A stretch of DNA of 60,852 nucleotides from Bacteroidales bacterium. GTDB taxonomy: Bacteria > Bacteroidota > Bacteroidia > Bacteroidales > WCHB1-69. Positions within the stretch are counted from its first letter, which is position 1, and each line of letters opens with the position of its first letter. A program made the translations under genes and the position numbers. Under the pieces are notes generated by a model. It saw only the letters and a list, made by a program, of their open reading frames with translations. It was not told the DNA's origin and did not search any database. This document shows, one piece after another, positions 28,067-39,902 of the stretch. The stretch lies in contig JAIKYR010000043.1 in assembly GCA_024682995.1 (NCBI GenBank), positions 1 to 60,852 on the forward strand, given 5' to 3'.

Positions 28067-30894
28067 TTATTTGTCAGTTTCCCCGAGATGGCCTGTGCCG
28101 TATAAGAGCGTTTCCGTTCCACCAGTTTCTCAGGCGTACCCTCGAAAACGATCTTGCCACCCTGATCCCCGCCTTCCGGCCCCATATCGATGATCCAGTC
28201 GGCGCATTTGATGATTTCAGCATTATGCTCAATGACCACAATGGTGTTATTGCGTTCTATCAGGCGGTTAAAAGCCACGCATAATTTATTAATATCGTGG
28301 AAATGAAGTCCCGTAGTAGGCTCGTCGAAGATGAAGAGCTTGTTCTGGTCATCATCGTTGAGCGACAGATAGTAGGCTAACTTCACACGCTGCGCCTCGC
28401 CGCCGGACAGTGTAGCCGAAGACTGGCCCATCACCAGATAGCCGAGGCCCACATCCTGCAACGGCATCAATTTGCGGATAATATTGGTGGTCATATCATT
28501 CACGGGAAGGCCCTTGAAAAAATCGAGGGCTTCCGAGACTGTCATATTCAGGATGTCAGTGATAGTCTTGTCTTTCAGCTTGATATCCTGGGCTTCCTCT
28601 CGGAATCGGCTTCCATTGCACGAAGGGCACACCATCTCCACATCCGCCATAAACTGCATATTGATCCGGATAACGCCTTCGCCCTCGCACTCCTCGCATC
28701 GGCCACCAGCCACATTAAATGAAAAGAAGCTGGGCTTGTAGTTGCGCTGCTTGGAAAGAGGCTGGCTGGCAAACAACTCGCGAATATAATCGTAGGCTTT
28801 CACGTATGTTACAGGATTAGAGCGGCTGGAGCGGCCTATGGGATTCTGATCCACAAATACCACATCCGAAATCTTGGTCAAGTCGGCATCGATTCTCGAA
28901 TAGCGTCCGGGTTTCAGATTCCCCTTGTTGAGCATCTTCAGCAGGCCGGGGTACAGCACATTCGCTATCAGACTGCTCTTGCCGGAACCACTGACCCCTG
29001 TGATGACCGTGAAGCACTCCAACGGGATTTTCACATCTATATTCTTAAGATTATGCTCTTTAGCCCCGATGATTTCCACATAATTGCGCCAGTGTCTCCG
29101 CCGCTTGGGCAGCGGGATATAGCGGCATAACTCCTGCGGATAACCACCTGTCATCCCACGCAGATAGGAGGCCGTAAGGTTGTCCGGTTCTTTCATCAAA
29201 TCATCTATCAAACCTGAGAAAACTATTTCGCCACCATTACGTCCCGCTTTGGGGCCGATATCTATGATGCAGTCGGCGGCACGGATGATAGACTCATCGT
29301 GTTCAACCACCACCACGGTATTGCCAATGTCACGCAACCTCTGCAGCACCCGTATCAGGTTCTGCGTGTCGCGGGAATGGAGTCCGATGCTGGGTTCATC
29401 CAACACATAAAGAGAACCCACCAGACTGCTACCCAAGGAGGTGGCCAGGTTGATACGCTGGGCCTCCCCGCCCGACAATGTTGACGTGGAGCGGTCCAAG
29501 GTAAGATAGCCGAGGCCCACATCATCCAGCAATGCCACCCGATTGGCGAGTTCCTTCACCAGACGGGAGGCCACCTCGCGCTCATAGTCACTGCTGTATT
29601 TGAACTCCTGGAAAAAGGGTTTCAATTCTGAGACAGGCATGGCTGTCAACTCCATGATGGAGTGTCCCTTCACCTTCACATAATGTGCATCCTTGCGCAG
29701 ACGGGTCCCGTGGCAGTCGGGACAAATCTCCCGTCCACGGTAACGGGCCTGCAGTACCCGGTATTGAATTTTGAATGTGTTGGCCGCCACAAACTGGAAA
29801 AATTGCGTAATACCATCCACATGGTGTTTCTCATCCCCATACCACAAAAGGTCGTACTCCTTTGGACTCAAATCCTCAATAGCCCTGTGTACAGGGAAAT
29901 CGAGGCGGGAAGCCTGGCGGATGAACTGGCGTTTCCACTCGCTGAGCACGTCGCCATGCCAGCATGCCACTGCGTCGTCGGCCACCGACAATGTCTTGTC
30001 CGGAAACACCAAGTCCGGGTCCACGCCCTCCACCATACCAGTGCCGGAACAGGTCTTGCACGCGCCGTACGGGTTGTTGAAACTGAACAGGTTGGCACTC
30101 GGTTCCTCGAAACTCATCCCATCGGCCTCGAAAAGGTCGCTGAATGTCTTCTGGGAGACGTTGTCCCCCTCTGTTTGGATGACACACACACCCTTTCCTT
30201 CAGAGAAGGCTATCTGGATGGAGTCGGTAAGGCGTGCGATATTGTCGGCTATCTTCTCCGACTTGAAACGGTCCACCAGCACGAACATGCCCGACTCACG
30301 GGTGGCCTTTCGGCCTTTCAGGAACTCGTCAATTTCATGCAGCTGCCGATTATAGACCACACGGCTGAAGCCCTGCTGGCTGAGGATAGCGAGCTGTTCC
30401 TTCAAGGTGCGCCCTGACGGCAGCACTACTGGGGCAAGGACATACACTCTCTTGCCTTCGGGTACTTTCTGTACGTATGCCAGCACGTCCGACACACGCT
30501 CGCGCTTCACCTCCTTGCCCGATATCGGCGATATGGTGCGCCCGATACGGGCGAAGAGCAGTTTCAGATATTCGTATATTTCTGTCACCGTGCCCACCGT
30601 GGAGCGCGGGTTATGCGACATGCTATGCTGTTCGATGGCTATGGCGGGGGGTATGCCCGTGATGGATTGGACTTCGGGTTTGTGCATCCGGCCCATGAAC
30701 TGGCGGGCATAGGAACTGAGACTTTCCACGTAGCGACGCTGACCCTCGGCATACAGTGTGTCAAAAGCCAACGACGACTTGCCCGACCCCGACAAACCGG
30801 TGATGACCACCAGTTTGTTGCGCGGTATGTCAACATCTATGTTTTTCAGATTGTTGACTTTGGCACCCCGAACTTCAATCACCTTCTGACCCAT
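28060..30894 (-). CDS. uvrA: Excinuclease ABC subunit A
   Basis: Two Walker A motifs ([18 protein letters not shown]), two LSGGEAQR signatures, CxxC zinc modules. Confidence 0.97.
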   Translation of the reverse strand: MGQKVIEVRGAKVNNLKNIDVDIPRNKLVVITGLSGSGKSSLAFDTLYAEGQRRYVESLSSYARQFMGRMHKPEVQSITGIPPAIAIEQHSMSHNPRSTVGTVTEIYEYLKLLFARIGRTISPISGKEVKRERVSDVLAYVQKVPEGKRVYVLAPVVLPSGRTLKEQLAILSQQGFSRVVYNRQLHEIDEFLKGRKATRESGMFVLVDRFKSEKIADNIARLTDSIQIAFSEGKGVCVIQTEGDNVSQKTFSDLFEADGMSFEEPSANLFSFNNPYGACKTCSGTGMVEGVDPDLVFPDKTLSVADDAVACWHGDVLSEWKRQFIRQASRLDFPVHRAIEDLSPKEYDLLWYGDEKHHVDGITQFFQFVAANTFKIQYRVLQARYRGREICPDCHGTRLRKDAHYVKVKGHSIMELTAMPVSELKPFFQEFKYSSDYEREVASRLVKELANRVALLDDVGLGYLTLDRSTSTLSGGEAQRINLATSLGSSLVGSLYVLDEPSIGLHSRDTQNLIRVLQRLRDIGNTVVVVEHDESIIRAADCIIDIGPKAGRNGGEIVFSGLIDDLMKEPDNLTASYLRGMTGGYPQELCRYIPLPKRRRHWRNYVEIIGAKEHNLKNIDVKIPLECFTVITGVSGSGKSSLIANVLYPGLLKMLNKGNLKPGRYSRIDADLTKISDVVFVDQNPIGRSSRSNPVTYVKAYDYIRELFASQPLSKQRNYKPSFFSFNVAGGRCEECEGEGVIRINMQFMADVEMVCPSCNGSRFREEAQDIKLKDKTITDILNMTVSEALDFFKGLPVNDMTTNIIRKLMPLQDVGLGYLVMGQSSATLSGGEAQRVKLAYYLSLNDDDQNKLFIFDEPTTGLHFHDINKLCVAFNRLIERNNTIVVIEHNAEIIKCADWIIDMGPEGGDQGGKIVFEGTPEKLVERKRSYTAQAISGKLTNNN

Positions 30895-31757
30895 CAACTC
30901 AAAATTATAAAAAGGAACAGCATAGCCGGAAATACGGCTAACAGGATAGAATCAAACCGGTCGAGCATCCCGCCATGTCCCGGAATGGCCTTGCCCGTGT
31001 CTTTCACACCAGCATTCCGCTTGAAGGCAGACTCCAGTAAATCACCAAAGGTGCCGAACACAACCACGATGACCGCGAAACAGACCCATGCCCATATCGG
31101 CATGTGCACACGTCCGAAAAAAGGGATGCTAGGGAAGACCACCGCCGCTATCACGGTAATAACAAAGCCCGTAAACGTCCCCTCCCAAGTCTTCTTGGGC
31201 GAGACACGTTCGAACATCTTGGTACGACCATATAATGTTCCGCCCAAGTAGGCGGCGGTATCATTAATCCATATCAACAGCAAGAATGCCAATGCCATAG
31301 GCTTGCACCAGATGGCGAAAGCGGCCAGCATGGCCAAAGGAGCCACAATCCAGCAGAAGCCAAATACCGACTTGCCGATCTGCTCCACAGGACAGGCCCG
31401 ATGGCGGAATATTTCAACGATGGAGAGGATAATCGACAACAGCATCATCAACATCGGAATCATAAGAAAAACGGCTGTCAATGTCTTCATACCCGGCGTA
31501 AAAATGAACGTGCGGGGCTGCAGGCTGTAGTAGCAGGCCACAGCAAACAAAGACACGGCGAAGGCCATCATCAAATAGCGGGCGGGCTTGTCCTCGGGAC
31601 CGCAGGTGATTTTCGACAATTCGTAAATGCACACACAGGCCGCCACACAAAGGACAACATCCATCAGAGCGGGGTAAAACACGCCGGCAATCATCAGGGC
31701 CACATACACGGCACCCGCCAACGTTCTAACGATCAGATTCTTCAGTTTGGGATTCAT
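30894..31757 (-). CDS. cdsA: Phosphatidate cytidylyltransferase
   Basis: SPKKTWEG, GDLLESAFKR..VKD.G..IPGHGGMLDRFDS. Confidence 0.95.
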   Translation of the reverse strand: MNPKLKNLIVRTLAGAVYVALMIAGVFYPALMDVVLCVAACVCIYELSKITCGPEDKPARYLMMAFAVSLFAVACYYSLQPRTFIFTPGMKTLTAVFLMIPMLMMLLSIILSIVEIFRHRACPVEQIGKSVFGFCWIVAPLAMLAAFAIWCKPMALAFLLLIWINDTAAYLGGTLYGRTKMFERVSPKKTWEGTFTGFVITVIAAVVFPSIPFFGRVHMPIWAWVCFAVIVVVFGTFGDLLESAFKRNAGVKDTGKAIPGHGGMLDRFDSILLAVFPAMLFLFIILS

Positions 31758-32466
31758 GTTGCGTTTCGTTTGAGTTATTCGATTCAGGTTGGTCGGATTC
31801 CTGGGGATGGTTCTCCTCCACCATCATCAGGATAAAGCGCGGATTCTGTGGGGTGAACACATCGTTTCCCTCCGACTTTTCCGGCTGTGACGGGCAGATG
31901 AACTCCGTGATGGGGTTCGGAGTGTTGTTATTGCGAGAGAGCTGGTATGTCAGGGCATCCTCCATATCCCGGAAGATGCAACGCTCGCGGGAGACCACGA
32001 TGATGTCGCGGGCAAGGTTCCGGACGGAGGGATAAAGCGACACAGAGGGCGTGAAGCCGATGGCACCGGTACGGGCGATCAGCATATCCGAAAAGAAAAG
32101 CGCGGCATCCACCGTCTCCATGGGGTTCACCGCCGTGACATGACGCACATGATGCTTCAACAGAAACTGGCCCAGGTTGGGGCTGGTGTTCAACAGCGTA
32201 CCATACTGCTGGCCCTGTGCAATCTTGATGAGGCGGGGAATCAGATTATCCTTGGTGCAGGGAATGTACTTGCCGCCGGCACCGCGGAAATGGCGGACAA
32301 ACTCCACCAAAGGATGTTCCTGCGATGTAACACCCAATCCTGAACTGAGATCCGGTGGCACCGTCGGATAAGTTTTCTTATAGGCCAGGCCGTTACGAAT
32401 GTTCCGGCGAATATTCTCCTTATCCGTCAGAAGTTGATTTCCCATCGAATTGCTGTTGCTTGCCAT
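31726..32466 (-). CDS. LUD (lactate utilization)-domain-like protein
   Basis: F...GG, LIARTG motif; position between ftsH and cdsA. Confidence 0.6.
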   Translation of the reverse strand: MASNSNSMGNQLLTDKENIRRNIRNGLAYKKTYPTVPPDLSSGLGVTSQEHPLVEFVRHFRGAGGKYIPCTKDNLIPRLIKIAQGQQYGTLLNTSPNLGQFLLKHHVRHVTAVNPMETVDAALFFSDMLIARTGAIGFTPSVSLYPSVRNLARDIIVVSRERCIFRDMEDALTYQLSRNNNTPNPITEFICPSQPEKSEGNDVFTPQNPRFILMMVEENHPQESDQPESNNSNETQHESQTEESDR

Positions 32467-32469
32467 ATT

Positions 32470-34548
32470 CTATTCGTTTTTATCTGATTCTGTAACAATA
32501 CTGTCTGCGCTTCCATCAGGAATGGACGGTTTCTCCTGCGTTGCAGCGGACGACTCCTTCTGGAACGGACGCGGACCTAAAATGCGCTCCACATCTTCCG
32601 TGAAAATGACCTCATGCTCAATCAACAGGGAGGCTAGCTCGTCCAGTTGGCTCTTATGGGTGGAAAGAATGTCCTTGGCCCGCTGGTAGCAGGATTCTAT
32701 CAACGTATGGACCTGCTCGTCAATCTCGCGGGCGGTCGCCTCGCTATAGGGTTTGCTGAGGCCATATTCCTGTTGTCCCGTGGAATCATAATAGCTGATG
32801 TTTCCGATTTTCTTGTCCAAGCCATAATAAACCACCATGGCATACGCCTGTTTGGAGACGCGCTCCAGGTCGTTGAGGGCACCCGTGGAGAGTTGTCCGA
32901 AAACGACATCCTCGGCGGCGCGGCCGCCCAGAAGAGCAGTCATCTCGTCCAGCAGCTGGTCGTAGGTGGTCAGCTGGCGTTCCTCGGGCAGATACCAGGC
33001 CGCGCCGAGGGCCTTGCCTCGCGGCACGATGGTGACCTTGACCAAGGGAGATGCATAACGCAATAGCCAGCTCACACAGGCGTGGCCGGACTCGTGATAG
33101 GCGATGGCCTTCTTCTCCTCTGGGGTGAACACGCTGCCCCGACGCTCCAGACCGCCGATGATGCGGTCCACGGCGGCCAGAAAGTCGGCCTTCTCAATAT
33201 GCGGTTTGTTATTACGGGCCGCTATCAGAGCGGCCTCATTACACACATTGGCAATGTCGGCACCCGAGAAGCCGGGCGTCTGCTTGGCAAAGAATTCCAG
33301 GTCCACATCGGGACCGAGTTTGAGGTTGCGCACATGCACGCCGAAGATGCCGCGACGCTCGTTGAGGTTGGGCAGCTCCACCGTAATCTGGCGGTCGAAA
33401 CGTCCGGCACGCAACAGGGCCCGGTCGAGGATGTCGGCGCGGTTAGTGGCGGCCATGATGATGACACCGGCGTTGGTGGAGAAGCCGTCCATCTCAGTCA
33501 GCAGCTGGTTGAGCGTGCTCTCGCGCTCATCGTTGACGCTGGACATGGCGTTCTTGCCGCGGGCACGCCCGATGGCATCAATCTCATCGATGAAAATGAT
33601 ACACGGGGCTTTCTCCTTGGCTGTCTTGAAGAGGTCACGCACGCGGGAGGCGCCCACGCCCACGAACATCTCCACGAAGTCGGAGCCCGACAGGGAGAAG
33701 AAGGGCACCTTGGCCTCGCCGGCGACGGCCTTAGCCAGAAGGGTCTTACCCGTTCCCGGAGGTCCGACAAGGAGCACGCCCTTGGGTATCTTGCCACCCA
33801 AGACGGTATATTTCTGCGGGTTTTTGAGGAAATCCACCACCTCTTCAATCTCGAACTTGGCCCCTTCCAATCCAGCCACATCCTTGAATGTGACCAGCTG
33901 TCCCGACTTCTCGTCAAACTCCTGCGCCCGCGATTTGCCAATATTGAAAATGCTGCTGCCGCCACCCATGCCACCCCGCATGGTACGCGTGGAGTAGTAG
34001 AACAGCAATATGAGCATCACCATTGGCAGGATCCAGAAGATAACCTCAAAACCCCAGCTCTTGCTTTTGTCCTGCTTGGTGGGAAAGTCATATTCCCGAG
34101 CCAAGTCATTCACATTCAACGTGCTGTCCGAAGCCAACGTCTCCCGTACGGCCTGCGATTTCACCTCTTTCAAATTCTCATTGAACACCTGGAGGTCGGT
34201 GACGGTGATAAAGAACTGCGGTCCGCTCACATTATCCTTGATCTTCTCGTAGGCAGGATTGGCCTGCAGGGCCTCCTTTTTCAGGAACACATTGACCTGC
34301 TCATTCTTTCGGACATACTCCACATGTTCGATTTCCTTGTTCCGCACCATCTGGTTGAACGACATGTCATCAATTTCCTCCGGTTGTCCGCCGCCCGTAT
34401 TGAACATCCAAAAGGAAATCAGGGCGACACCCACAAGGAGATAAATTACAGTGAGGAGAGGGAATTTCTGTTTGGGTCCTTTATTCTGACCCATTCCCAA
34501 CGGGGAGTTGGCTCCTCCATTATTGCGCGGCGAGTTCTTGACTGGCAT
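32470..34548 (-). CDS. ftsH: ATP-dependent zinc metalloprotease FtsH
   Basis: Two TM helices, [27 protein letters not shown]. Confidence 0.98.
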   Translation of the reverse strand: MPVKNSPRNNGGANSPLGMGQNKGPKQKFPLLTVIYLLVGVALISFWMFNTGGGQPEEIDDMSFNQMVRNKEIEHVEYVRKNEQVNVFLKKEALQANPAYEKIKDNVSGPQFFITVTDLQVFNENLKEVKSQAVRETLASDSTLNVNDLAREYDFPTKQDKSKSWGFEVIFWILPMVMLILLFYYSTRTMRGGMGGGSSIFNIGKSRAQEFDEKSGQLVTFKDVAGLEGAKFEIEEVVDFLKNPQKYTVLGGKIPKGVLLVGPPGTGKTLLAKAVAGEAKVPFFSLSGSDFVEMFVGVGASRVRDLFKTAKEKAPCIIFIDEIDAIGRARGKNAMSSVNDERESTLNQLLTEMDGFSTNAGVIIMAATNRADILDRALLRAGRFDRQITVELPNLNERRGIFGVHVRNLKLGPDVDLEFFAKQTPGFSGADIANVCNEAALIAARNNKPHIEKADFLAAVDRIIGGLERRGSVFTPEEKKAIAYHESGHACVSWLLRYASPLVKVTIVPRGKALGAAWYLPEERQLTTYDQLLDEMTALLGGRAAEDVVFGQLSTGALNDLERVSKQAYAMVVYYGLDKKIGNISYYDSTGQQEYGLSKPYSEATAREIDEQVHTLIESCYQRAKDILSTHKSQLDELASLLIEHEVIFTEDVERILGPRPFQKESSAATQEKPSIPDGSADSIVTESDKNE

Positions 34549-34567
34549 AGGATTTCAAATTGTAGGG

Positions 34568-34957
34568 TTAGAAACTCTGAACATCGGCGTCACTCCAAAG
34601 CGACTCAATGTTGTAATAGGCTCGGGCCTCAGGTTGGAAAATGTGCACCAGCACGTTGAAATAGTCCAGCAGAATCCATTCGCAATTCTCCAGACCTTCC
34701 ACATGGACGGGTTTCGTGCCTGCCACACGTTGTGTCTGTTCCTGGACATAATCGCACAACGTTTCCACATGGGGCTTCGAATTTCCCGTGCAGATGATGA
34801 AATAGTCGAAAAAAACATGGTTCAGCTTTTTGAGGTTGATGCATTTGATATCAACCCCCTGCTTTTCAATAAGTGCCTGAATTATAAGTTCATCAATATT
34901 CCCTTCATAGGGAGTTCCTTCAAATTTGACTTTTTTTCTTACGGTCATTACATTCAT
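34568..34957 (-). CDS. rsfS: Ribosome silencing factor
   Basis: DYFIICTGNS..HV, EG...WILLDY..VLVHIF...R.YY.IESLW. Confidence 0.93.
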   Translation of the reverse strand: MNVMTVRKKVKFEGTPYEGNIDELIIQALIEKQGVDIKCINLKKLNHVFFDYFIICTGNSKPHVETLCDYVQEQTQRVAGTKPVHVEGLENCEWILLDYFNVLVHIFQPEARAYYNIESLWSDADVQSF

Positions 34958-35023
34958 TTTATTTTAGCGGGCAAAGGTACATTTTTTTTTATATTTTTGC
35001 AGCCCTAAAAAACACAATCTGAA

Positions 35024-36658
35024 ATGATGAAAAAAGTATTCTTTTTTTTGACGGTTTTGTCGTTGGCTTGGATAGCCAACGCTCAAGAAAATGCAAATGA
35101 TCTTCCGTATTCTTTCACCCACAAAGATGTATCCTATTCCATTGATGAAATGACGATGCCTGCGGTGGACCGCGAGGCCTTGCTCACGGAAGATGCACAG
35201 AACATCAAGAACGGGACCCCCATGCGTATCGGTATCAACCACCATGTGGGCTATACGTTCGACAACAGCGGACGCACGGACATACTGTCCAACGGTGCGA
35301 AGCTGTGGCGGCTTGGAATAAAATCGGAAGGAGCCATCTCCATGTCCGTCTATTTCTCCCAATTCAACATCCCGGAAGGGGCCACCCTGCACGTCTACAA
35401 CGGTGACCGCTCCCAAGTTACCGGCACATACACCAATGCCGACATCCAGCAGAACGGCATTCTAGTGTCTGACGACATCGACGACGACAATCTGATCATC
35501 GAATACTATGAGCCCGCCGATGTGCTATTCCACGGCACCATTCAAATCGACCGTATCAGCCATCGTTACCGCGACATCAACAAGATTTCCATGTCGGATG
35601 ACGAAAAAGCACTCTCGGGCAGCTGCCATTTCAACGTTTCCTGTCCTGAAGGAAATGGCTGGCGTGACCAGATTAACTCGGTGGTGCGCATCGAGATTTC
35701 CAACAGTGCCGGCAACTTCCTGTGTACCGGTGCCCTGATCAACAACACCCGCTATGACAAAACCTTCTACGTGCTCAGTGCCAACCACTGCATCAACAAT
35801 GACATGAGCAGCACATTCAAATTTTTCTTCAAATATGAAACGACATCCTGCGATGTGTATGAATACGGCTTTGCCAACCAGTGGGTAAAAGGCGGCACTA
35901 TCGTCGCCACCGACGGACTCAACAACAGTTCCGACTTCCTGCTGTTGAAAATCACCGGCAGCATGAGTAGAGTCAACATGGACAATGTCTTCTTCGCCGG
36001 ATGGGATGTCAGCGGGGCCGCCTCTGTGGGTATGGCCATCCATCACCCGGCAGGAGACTTCAAGAAGCTGAGTATCCCTAAGTCCGTATCCTCCTCCTAC
36101 TACAACAGCTATTGGACGACAAGCTGGTACGTCAACCCCCAAAAGGGCTGCACAGAACAAGGTTCCTCCGGATCGCCCCTATTCAACGCCAAGAAGCTCA
36201 TCATCGGAGACCTCAGCAATGGAACCTCCTCCTGCAGTGAGCCTTGGGGTAATGACAACTATGGTAAGCTTTCCTATTCCTGGACGAACAACAACAACTA
36301 TAACAACGCGAAAAAACTTAAACCCTGGCTGGATCCTGACAACACGGGCGTGACTTGGATTCCGGGTATGCGCTATGACGGCACCATCGTGGGCGTGGAG
36401 CAATACGATGCCGACATCCGCACCTTCAACATCTTCCCGAACCCATCTACAGGCCAAGTCTCCATCCAAGGACATTTCGATGCCGAGCAGGGTGTCTGCA
36501 ACGTGTACAATATGATGGGGGCGAAACTGGGCTCCTATAATGTGAATCTCGAACCCACTTTCTCCATGAGCTTCAACGACCTCCCCAGCGGCATCTACGT
36601 GGTGGAAATTTTGGGCGACACACACACATACAAGAGCAAAATGGTGATCACCCGTTAG
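35024..36658 (+). CDS. Trypsin-fold (lysyl endopeptidase-like, S1) serine protease with T9SS type A CTD
   Basis: CTGALINN, SANHC (His), SDFLLL (Asp), GSSGSP (Ser); IFPNPS...LPSGIYVV...KMVI. Confidence 0.9.
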   Translation: MMKKVFFFLTVLSLAWIANAQENANDLPYSFTHKDVSYSIDEMTMPAVDREALLTEDAQNIKNGTPMRIGINHHVGYTFDNSGRTDILSNGAKLWRLGIKSEGAISMSVYFSQFNIPEGATLHVYNGDRSQVTGTYTNADIQQNGILVSDDIDDDNLIIEYYEPADVLFHGTIQIDRISHRYRDINKISMSDDEKALSGSCHFNVSCPEGNGWRDQINSVVRIEISNSAGNFLCTGALINNTRYDKTFYVLSANHCINNDMSSTFKFFFKYETTSCDVYEYGFANQWVKGGTIVATDGLNNSSDFLLLKITGSMSRVNMDNVFFAGWDVSGAASVGMAIHHPAGDFKKLSIPKSVSSSYYNSYWTTSWYVNPQKGCTEQGSSGSPLFNAKKLIIGDLSNGTSSCSEPWGNDNYGKLSYSWTNNNNYNNAKKLKPWLDPDNTGVTWIPGMRYDGTIVGVEQYDADIRTFNIFPNPSTGQVSIQGHFDAEQGVCNVYNMMGAKLGSYNVNLEPTFSMSFNDLPSGIYVVEILGDTHTYKSKMVITR

Positions 36659-36660
36659 TA

Positions 36661-37299
36661 GTGGACAACACAACGCTCCTTTCAACGGCCTATCTCCCGC
36701 CCATAGAATACATCGCCTGCCTGATACAGGGTACGGCATGGGTGGACACCCGCGAGCGCTACCACAAACAGAGCTACCGGAACCGGGCCTGCATCCTCAC
36801 CGGCAACGGTGTCCAGACGCTCACCGTACCCGTGGAGCATCGTACCGGGCCAACTCCCATCCGCGATGCCCGCATCGACTACAAGATGCCCTGGCAACGC
36901 ACACACTGGAGATCCATCATCTCCGCCTATGGCAACAGTCCCTACCTCCTCTACTACCTCGACCCGCTGAAGCCTTTTTACGAGAAACGTTTCGAATTCC
37001 TGTTCGACTACAACCTGCAACTGACCGATACTATCCTGCGTATGATGCGCATCCCGGCAGAGCTACATCTGACGGATGAAGACACCCCCAAAACAACATG
37101 CGACCTTCGGGAAGTCATCCATCCGAAGAACGCCTGGCAACCAGACTACCGATTCCGACTGCAAAGCCCGTACTACCAAGTCTTTGAGGATCGCTACGGT
37201 TTCATTCCGAACCTCTCCATCCTCGACCTGCTGTTCAACACCGGCCCTGACGCACCCGCCTACATGAAAGCACAAATGGACCTTTACACCTCCTGCTGA
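36661..37299 (+). CDS. WbqC-family protein
   Basis: YLPP, KQSYRNR, LTVPV, AYG.SP, Y.QVF...F.PNLSILDLLFN.GP. Confidence 0.88.
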   Translation: MDNTTLLSTAYLPPIEYIACLIQGTAWVDTRERYHKQSYRNRACILTGNGVQTLTVPVEHRTGPTPIRDARIDYKMPWQRTHWRSIISAYGNSPYLLYYLDPLKPFYEKRFEFLFDYNLQLTDTILRMMRIPAELHLTDEDTPKTTCDLREVIHPKNAWQPDYRFRLQSPYYQVFEDRYGFIPNLSILDLLFNTGPDAPAYMKAQMDLYTSC

Positions 37300-39173
37300 T
37301 GAATAAAACGAACCTGAATTTCGGAGAACGCATCTTCCATCTGATGAGACAACTGGTGGACAAGTTCACCTATTCCAAAGACTTGTTTGCCGATGACGTG
37401 TGGAGATTGCGGGTGTCGAAGCAGTTCCGGCAGAAGGACAAATACGCATCCCTGCACAAGAGGCTGTTCGCCTTTTCCTTCAAAGAGCCCGATGATTTCT
37501 ACAAATATCTGTTCATCATCGTCATGGCGGTCATGCTCGTCAACATGGTGCTGATGAGCCGGAATGTGGGCATTTCCACCCGCGAACTGGAGCAGAATCA
37601 CTATTCCGAGCTGGTTTACAACCATTTCCACCACATTGGCGACACGGAAGCCTACAAGGAGCACCCGTTCGCTTCCACCCAAGCACAATACATCGACCTC
37701 ATCCTCTTTTCGTTATGCAAGGCACTGCATATCCAGGACATATTTATGGTCAAACACATCACCAGTGCCATCTTCGGGTGGCTACTCATCCTGTATTTGT
37801 CCATTCTGGTTTTGAGGGCTTTCCGCTGGCGAGCGGCGTTTTTCACCGCATTCTTCCTCCTCATATCGCCCCGTTTTCTCGGGTACTCCCTCTGCAACGT
37901 GGTGGATGTGACCTTCGCCTTCGGATTCATCTTCGCCATCACACAGATATACTATTTCTGTCGCGAGCTGCCCACCATACGCATATACCGGGTCCTCAAG
38001 ATCATTTGGGGCATACTGATAGCCCTTTCCACCTATAATGCCGGCTTCGTGCTGCTTCACTTCCTGTTCATCTTCACCCTTTTAAACTTCCTTCTCTACA
38101 ACCCCATAAAAAAATTCTTCAAATGGGAATATCTGAAGCCTTTACTGCAACTGGTTGCACTGGTTTATAGCATCTCACTGTTAATCATGTGCATACACTG
38201 CCTATGCACGATTTTCCTCACCACCTCGATGGTACCGCCGCGCCAGGCTTTCGTCCTGTTGGCCAACAACTACCCACTGTCCGACAACCAGCTGTTCGCC
38301 GGCTATGAAATCGGCCCCGACAACTTCCCACGCCGTTATCTCATCCAATATCTGTTCATCACCATCCCGTCGGTCGTGCTCATGGGTTTCCTCCTTTTCT
38401 TCATCTTCTTCAAAACGGCGGTCCGGAATCTGAAGCCATTCTCCATCTTCATCTTCCTGTACGCCTTCTGCTATTGCATTATGAAGGTGAAAAACATCTA
38501 CATGAATCCTGACACGGCATGGGCCATCTACTATTTCATCTATCCGCTCTTCATGCTGATTGCCGTCAGCGGCATAGAATGTACACTGGAAAGCATCCAA
38601 GACCGTTACACCAACGTCGTCATCATCGCAATCATCGGCTTGCTATCCTTCATGCCCATCCGGCATATCGCCTACAACCACCCACTCACCGCCCTCTATT
38701 TCAATGAGTTGTCTGGGGGCATCCATAATGCCTACGCCAAATACGAGCTGGACTACAACGACCTGTGCAACAAGAAGGCTTGCCAGGCCATGCAGACATA
38801 TATCCATCGTGAGGATGTGGGGCAGCACGTCAGCCAGGAGCCGTTCCTGTTGGCCACCAACGGCAATGCGGCCTGCGAGCTGTTCTTCCACGCCGACAGC
38901 AACATCGTTCTTGTCCACACGCCTTATTTGGCAAGTGACACCACCTGGGACTACTACCTGTACTTCTGCCATGACATTGCCGCCACGCAGCTGCGCAACG
39001 GCACGTGGCCGGTGGACACGCCGTTCACCACGCTCAACATTGAGAACAAACCCATCGTGGCCTTCTATAAAAACCGCTATCGGGCGGCGCAGCGGGCCTA
39101 CAACGACAGCATCGCCAAAACCATCACCGACAGTCTGACCGCACTGGCCGACATGGAGGGAATCGAAAAATAA
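37299..39173 (+). CDS. Multi-pass membrane protein, GT-C/PMT-like glycosyltransferase
   Basis: About 11 TM helices; SPRFLG..N..D, Y.FIT.P, HP...YFNEL.GG...AY..YELDY motifs. Confidence 0.6.
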   Translation: MNKTNLNFGERIFHLMRQLVDKFTYSKDLFADDVWRLRVSKQFRQKDKYASLHKRLFAFSFKEPDDFYKYLFIIVMAVMLVNMVLMSRNVGISTRELEQNHYSELVYNHFHHIGDTEAYKEHPFASTQAQYIDLILFSLCKALHIQDIFMVKHITSAIFGWLLILYLSILVLRAFRWRAAFFTAFFLLISPRFLGYSLCNVVDVTFAFGFIFAITQIYYFCRELPTIRIYRVLKIIWGILIALSTYNAGFVLLHFLFIFTLLNFLLYNPIKKFFKWEYLKPLLQLVALVYSISLLIMCIHCLCTIFLTTSMVPPRQAFVLLANNYPLSDNQLFAGYEIGPDNFPRRYLIQYLFITIPSVVLMGFLLFFIFFKTAVRNLKPFSIFIFLYAFCYCIMKVKNIYMNPDTAWAIYYFIYPLFMLIAVSGIECTLESIQDRYTNVVIIAIIGLLSFMPIRHIAYNHPLTALYFNELSGGIHNAYAKYELDYNDLCNKKACQAMQTYIHREDVGQHVSQEPFLLATNGNAACELFFHADSNIVLVHTPYLASDTTWDYYLYFCHDIAATQLRNGTWPVDTPFTTLNIENKPIVAFYKNRYRAAQRAYNDSIAKTITDSLTALADMEGIEK

Positions 39174-39233
39174 TGTACTTTTGCACAAAATTACAAGAAC
39201 CGGATTATATCACTACAAGTATCTCATTACTTT

Positions 39234-39902
39234 ATGATTGAATACAACACCAAACGGAACAAGCTCGCCATACGGGAGTACGGACGCAACGTCCAGAAGA
39301 TGGTGGAAGATGCGATGGCCATCCCGGACCGCGAAAAACGGAACGAGACTGCGCGCGCCATCGTGCGAGTCATGGCCCAGCTGAGCGAGGTGAAAGACCC
39401 GTCCGTTGCCAACAAGAAGGAGTCGCTGGACTATTGGCACAAACTCTGGGACCATCTCTTTATCATGTCGGACTACAAGCTGGACGTGGACGCCCCGTTC
39501 CCGAAGCCGGTGCCGGATTTAACAGAGAAGACGGTTGTGAAGCCGGATTACAACAAGCATCATATCGCCTTGCGCACGTACGGGCGCAACATGGAGAACA
39601 TACTCAAGGAGGTGGCCGGATACCCTGCACAAGAGCGTGACCGCATGGTCGCCCAGCTGGCAAACCATCTCAAAATGATGTACCTGACCTACAACCGCGA
39701 TTCCGTCAACGACGCCCTCATCGCCCGACAGATTTTCGAATTGTCCGGAGAAAAGATCACCGTACCCGAAGGCTTTGTCTTCGCCACCACCGGCGAGCTG
39801 CTGCAAACAGCCAACAGCAATATGGCCTTCTACGTCACTCCCGACAAGAAAAAGAAGAAAAAGAAGAAGAAAAAAAAGAAGAAAACGCCCATCACCCAAT
39901 GA
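39234..39902 (+). CDS. DUF4290-family protein with poly-lysine tail
   Basis: YNT.R..L...EYGRNVQKMV, HKLWDHLFIMS..LDVD.PFP, YGR. Confidence 0.85.
   Translation: MIEYNTKRNKLAIREYGRNVQKMVEDAMAIPDREKRNETARAIVRVMAQLSEVKDPSVANKKESLDYWHKLWDHLFIMSDYKLDVDAPFPKPVPDLTEKTVVKPDYNKHHIALRTYGRNMENILKEVAGYPAQERDRMVAQLANHLKMMYLTYNRDSVNDALIARQIFELSGEKITVPEGFVFATTGELLQTANSNMAFYVTPDKKKKKKKKKKKKKTPITQ

Noticed and set aside
33082-34659. 525-aa ORF antisense to ftsH, and similar long antisense ORFs over pepO, fumC, ftsK and gdhA
   Set aside because: In-register antisense shadows of genes with strong C/G-ending codon bias; no recognisable motifs
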